DNA of 63,903 bases, filler included, from Vicugna vicugna (taxonomy: Eukaryota), in assembly GCA_013265495.1 (NCBI GenBank). It is 81 parts of 79 records of this genome, joined end to end, with 100 filler letters (N's around TTAATTAATTAA, not from the genome) between each part and the next. Parts side by side here need not be neighbours in the genome. Positions count along the whole stretch, not along the records: positions 60,885 to 61,686 come from MU059189.1; positions 61,787 to 62,889 come from MU059190.1; positions 62,990 to 63,409 come from MU059191.1; positions 63,510 to 63,903 come from PNXW01008124.1; 77 more parts are not named here. One strand, written 5' to 3'. The translations under genes and the position numbers were made by a program. Positions 60,885-63,903 of the stretch are shown here, piece by piece (position 1 is the first letter of the stretch; each line of letters begins with the position of its first letter). The notes beneath the pieces were generated by a model. It did not search any database. It worked only from the letters and a program-made list of their open reading frames with translations, and had not been told where the DNA came from.

Positions 60885-61686
60885 CACACACACTTATCTC
60901 TCAGAAGTGAGCATGTGGAGAGACATTCGCTCATCCAGCCCAAAGGGAACGGTTTGCAAGAGAAACACTTACTCTGGTTTCTCAGTCTGTTTCCTAGTGC
61001 CGGTTTGAAGTGCCTGCCGTTTTCACTATAAAACCGTGTTGGAGCTTGTACCTCCCCATATATATGTATGGAGTGGAGTTGGCAACTGAANNNNNNNNNN
61101 NNNNNNNNNNNNNNNNNNNNNNNNNNNNNNNNNNNNNNNNNNNNNNNNNNNNNNNNNNNNNNNNNNNNNNNNNNNNNNNNNNNNNNNNNNNNNNNNNNNN
61201 NNNNNNNNNNNNNNNNNNNNNNNNNNNNNNNNNNNNNNNNNNNNNNNNNNNNNNNNNNNNNNNNNNNNNNNNNNNNNNNNNNNNNNNNNNNNNNNNNNNN
61301 NNNNNNNNNNNNNNNNNNNNNNNNNNNNNNNNNNNNNNNNNNNNNNNNNNNNNNNNNNNNNNNNNNNNNNNNNNNNNNNNNNNNNNNNNNNNNNNNNNNN
61401 NNNNNNNNNNNNNNNNNNNNNNNNNNNNNNNNNNNNNNNNNNNNNNNNNNNNNNNNNNNNNNNNNNNNNNNNNNNNNNNNNNNNNNNNNNNNNNNNNNNN
61501 NNNNNTTTCACTGTAAAACCGAGTTGGAGCTTGTACCGCCCAATATATATGTATGGAGTGGAGTTGGCAAATGAAAAGAAACTTTGTGTTCCCTTCAAGC
61601 TAGGTGAAGGTCGGATTTCACACACACTTTTCTCTCAGAAGTGAGCATTTGGAGAGACGTTCGCTCATCCAGCACAAAGGGAACGG
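60885..61686 (+). repeat. Satellite family E
   Basis: Same monomer as 53355-54533. Confidence 0.95.
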
Positions 61687-61786
61687 NNNNNNNNNNNNNN
61701 NNNNNNNNNNNNNNNNNNNNNNNNNNNNNNTTAATTAATTAANNNNNNNNNNNNNNNNNNNNNNNNNNNNNNNNNNNNNNNNNNNN

Positions 61787-62889
61787 TTACATATCTGTTA
61801 GTTGGAAATCGCTCCAGCACTATTTTTCTGTAAAAAATGCATTAATTCGAACCTGGTGTTAGGGAAAGCTTCTGAAAATGTGTACACGTGTCTAGACGAA
61901 ATTATTCCTTTTATAGAGGATGAAAGATAAGTAATCCACATGCTCTCAACTCAGGAATGCATGTTTGTCGAATCCGTCATGTATGTAGCATGTACGGAAC
62001 ACGGAATATCATGTAGNNNNNNNNNNNNNNNNNNNNNNNNNNNNNNNNNNNNNNNNNNNNNNNNNNNNNNNNNNNNNNNNNNNNNNNNNNNNNNNNNNNN
62101 NNNNNNNNNNNNNNNNNNNNNNNNNNNNNNNNNNNNNNNNNNNNNNNNNNNNNNNNNNNNNNNNNNNNNNNNNNNNNNNNNNNNNNNNNNNNNNNNNNNN
62201 NNNNNNNNNNNNNNNNNNNNNNNNNNNNNNNNNNNNNNNNNNNNNNNNNNNNNNNNNNNNNNNNNNNNNNNNNNNNNNNNNNNNNNNNNNNNNNNNNNNN
62301 NNNNNNNNNNNNNNNNNNNNNNNNNNNNNNNNNNNNNNNNNNNNNNNNNNNNNNNNNNNNNNNNNNNNNNNNNNNNNNNNNNNNNNNNNNNNNNNNNNNN
62401 NNNNNNNNNNNNNNNNNNNNNNNNNNNNNNNNNNNNNNNNNNNNNNNNNNNNNNNNNNNNNNNNNNNNNNNNNNNNNNNNNNNNNNNNNNNNNNNNNNNN
62501 NNNNNNNNNNNNNNNNNNNGATAGAATTCATGTAAATTACATACCTATTAGATGGAAATCGCTCCAGAACAATTTTTCTGTGAAAAATGCACGAATTCGA
62601 ACCTGACGTTAGGGAAAGCTTGTGAAAATGTGTACACGTGTCTAGACGAAAATATTCCTTTTATAGAGGATGAAAGATTAGTAATCCACATGTTCTCAAC
62701 TGAGGAATGCATGTTTGTAGAATCCATCATGTATGTAGCATGTATGGAACATGGAATATCATGTAGATGGAATCTATTCAAATTATATATCTCTAGGGTA
62801 GAATTCGCTCCAAGAGTGTTTTTGTGGGAACAATGTGTGATTTATGAAACTGTTGATAGGAAGAAGCTACGAAGTCAAAGTAAATATTT
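61787..62889 (+). repeat. Satellite family D
   Basis: D motifs on either side of a gap. Confidence 0.93.
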
Positions 62890-62989
62890 NNNNNNNNNNN
62901 NNNNNNNNNNNNNNNNNNNNNNNNNNNNNNNNNTTAATTAATTAANNNNNNNNNNNNNNNNNNNNNNNNNNNNNNNNNNNNNNNNNNNN

Positions 62990-63409
62990 ATGCCTTGTTT
63001 GGTGGATGAAAGTTCAGTAATCCACGTGCTCACACCTCAGAAACACATGTTTGCCGATTCCGTCATGCATGAAGCATGTACGGAATCCGGAATGCCATGT
63101 TGATGGAATTCTTGTAAATTACATATCTGTTTGTTGGAAATAGCTCCAGAAGTATTTTTCTGTGAAAGATGCACGAATTCGAAACTGGTGTTAGGGAAAA
63201 CTTGTTAAAATGTGTACACGTGTCTAGATGAAANNNNNNNNNNNNNNNNNNNNNNNNNNNNNNNNNNNNNNNNNNNNNNNNNNNNNNNNCTCAACTCAGC
63301 ATGTTTGTCGAATCCGTCATGCATGAAACAGGTTCGGAACGCAGAATAACATGTAAATTGAATATATTCAAATTATATATCTCTAGTGTAGTATTCGCTC
63401 CAAGAGGGT
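62990..63409 (+). repeat. Satellite family D
   Basis: D motifs. Confidence 0.92.
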
Positions 63410-63509
63410 NNNNNNNNNNNNNNNNNNNNNNNNNNNNNNNNNNNNNNNNNNNNTTAATTAATTAANNNNNNNNNNNNNNNNNNNNNNNNNNNNNNNNNNN
63501 NNNNNNNNN

Positions 63510-63903
63510 TCTTTATTTTTAATTTTTTTTAGATTCCACATATGAGTGATATCATATATAATTTTCTTTTTCTTTCTGGCTTACTTCACTTAGAATGATA
63601 ACCTCCAGGTCCATCCATATTGCTGCAAATGACATTCTTTTATTCTTTTATGGCTGAGTAGTATTCCATTGTATAAATATTCCACAGTTTCTTTATCCAG
63701 CCATCTGTCAATGGACACTTAGGCTGCTTCCATGTCTTGGCTATTGCATATATTGCTGCTATGAACATTGGGGTGCATGTATCTTTTTGAATTAGGGTTA
63801 TCTCCAGATATATGCCCAGGAGTGTGATTGCTGGATCATATTGTAAGTTTATTTTTAGTTTAGTTTTTGTTAAGGAATCTCCATACTGTTTTCCATAATA
63901 GCT
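63510..63903 (-). mobile_element. LINE-1 3' UTR / ORF2 C-terminus
   Basis: TTAGATTCCACATATGAGTGATATCAT..CATCCATATTGCTGCAAATG..ATGGCTGAGTAGTATTCCATTG..GATTGCTGGATCAT antisense L1. Confidence 0.93.

Noticed and set aside
62552..62889. Recurrent Cys/Met-rich ORFs (MFVESIMYVAC..) suggesting a gene family
   Set aside because: These are translations of satellite D; stops and frames vary between copies.
1032..62941. Long ORFs in the supplied track that contain X runs
   Set aside because: They are open only because N codons cannot be stops, and many end at the linker (..LIN*).
825..63509. Regularly recurring TTAATTAATTAA as a CRISPR-like repeat or biological palindrome
   Set aside because: It is always embedded in exactly 44+44 Ns between unrelated mammalian fragments, so it is an assembly linker. 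No cas genes are present.

Overview
This is not a contiguous locus. It is a 'chrUn'-style concatenation of about 81 tiny unplaced scaffolds (roughly 0.2-1.3 kb, many with internal N gaps), each joined by an artificial 100-bp spacer (N44-TTAATTAATTAA-N44). The DNA is mammalian, most likely a camelid (from the LINE-1 3' ends) and probably male (an intron-bearing HSFY copy). About half the scaffolds (41) are tandem satellite DNA from five families. A: ~267-bp diverged monomers in a higher-order array. B: homogeneous CpG-rich 267-bp monomer. C: AGAATAT-heptamer satellite. D: ~740-bp trimer of ~247-bp subunits. E: ~249-bp monomer. A is homologous to B and D is homologous to E, giving two monomer/higher-order pairs. 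The rest are LINE-1, MIR, L2 and ERV fragments and pieces of multicopy (ampliconic or segmentally duplicated) sequence. These include two diverged, intron-flanked copies of the TRAPPC9 first coding exon, a frameshifted HSFY exon 2, a deleted ERV env, an unassigned Pro/Ala-repeat ORF and several paralogous scaffold pairs. No intact protein-coding gene is present. Almost all ORFs in the supplied track are artefacts of N runs or satellites. Gene and repeat identifications come from my recall of the reference sequences, not from database searches.
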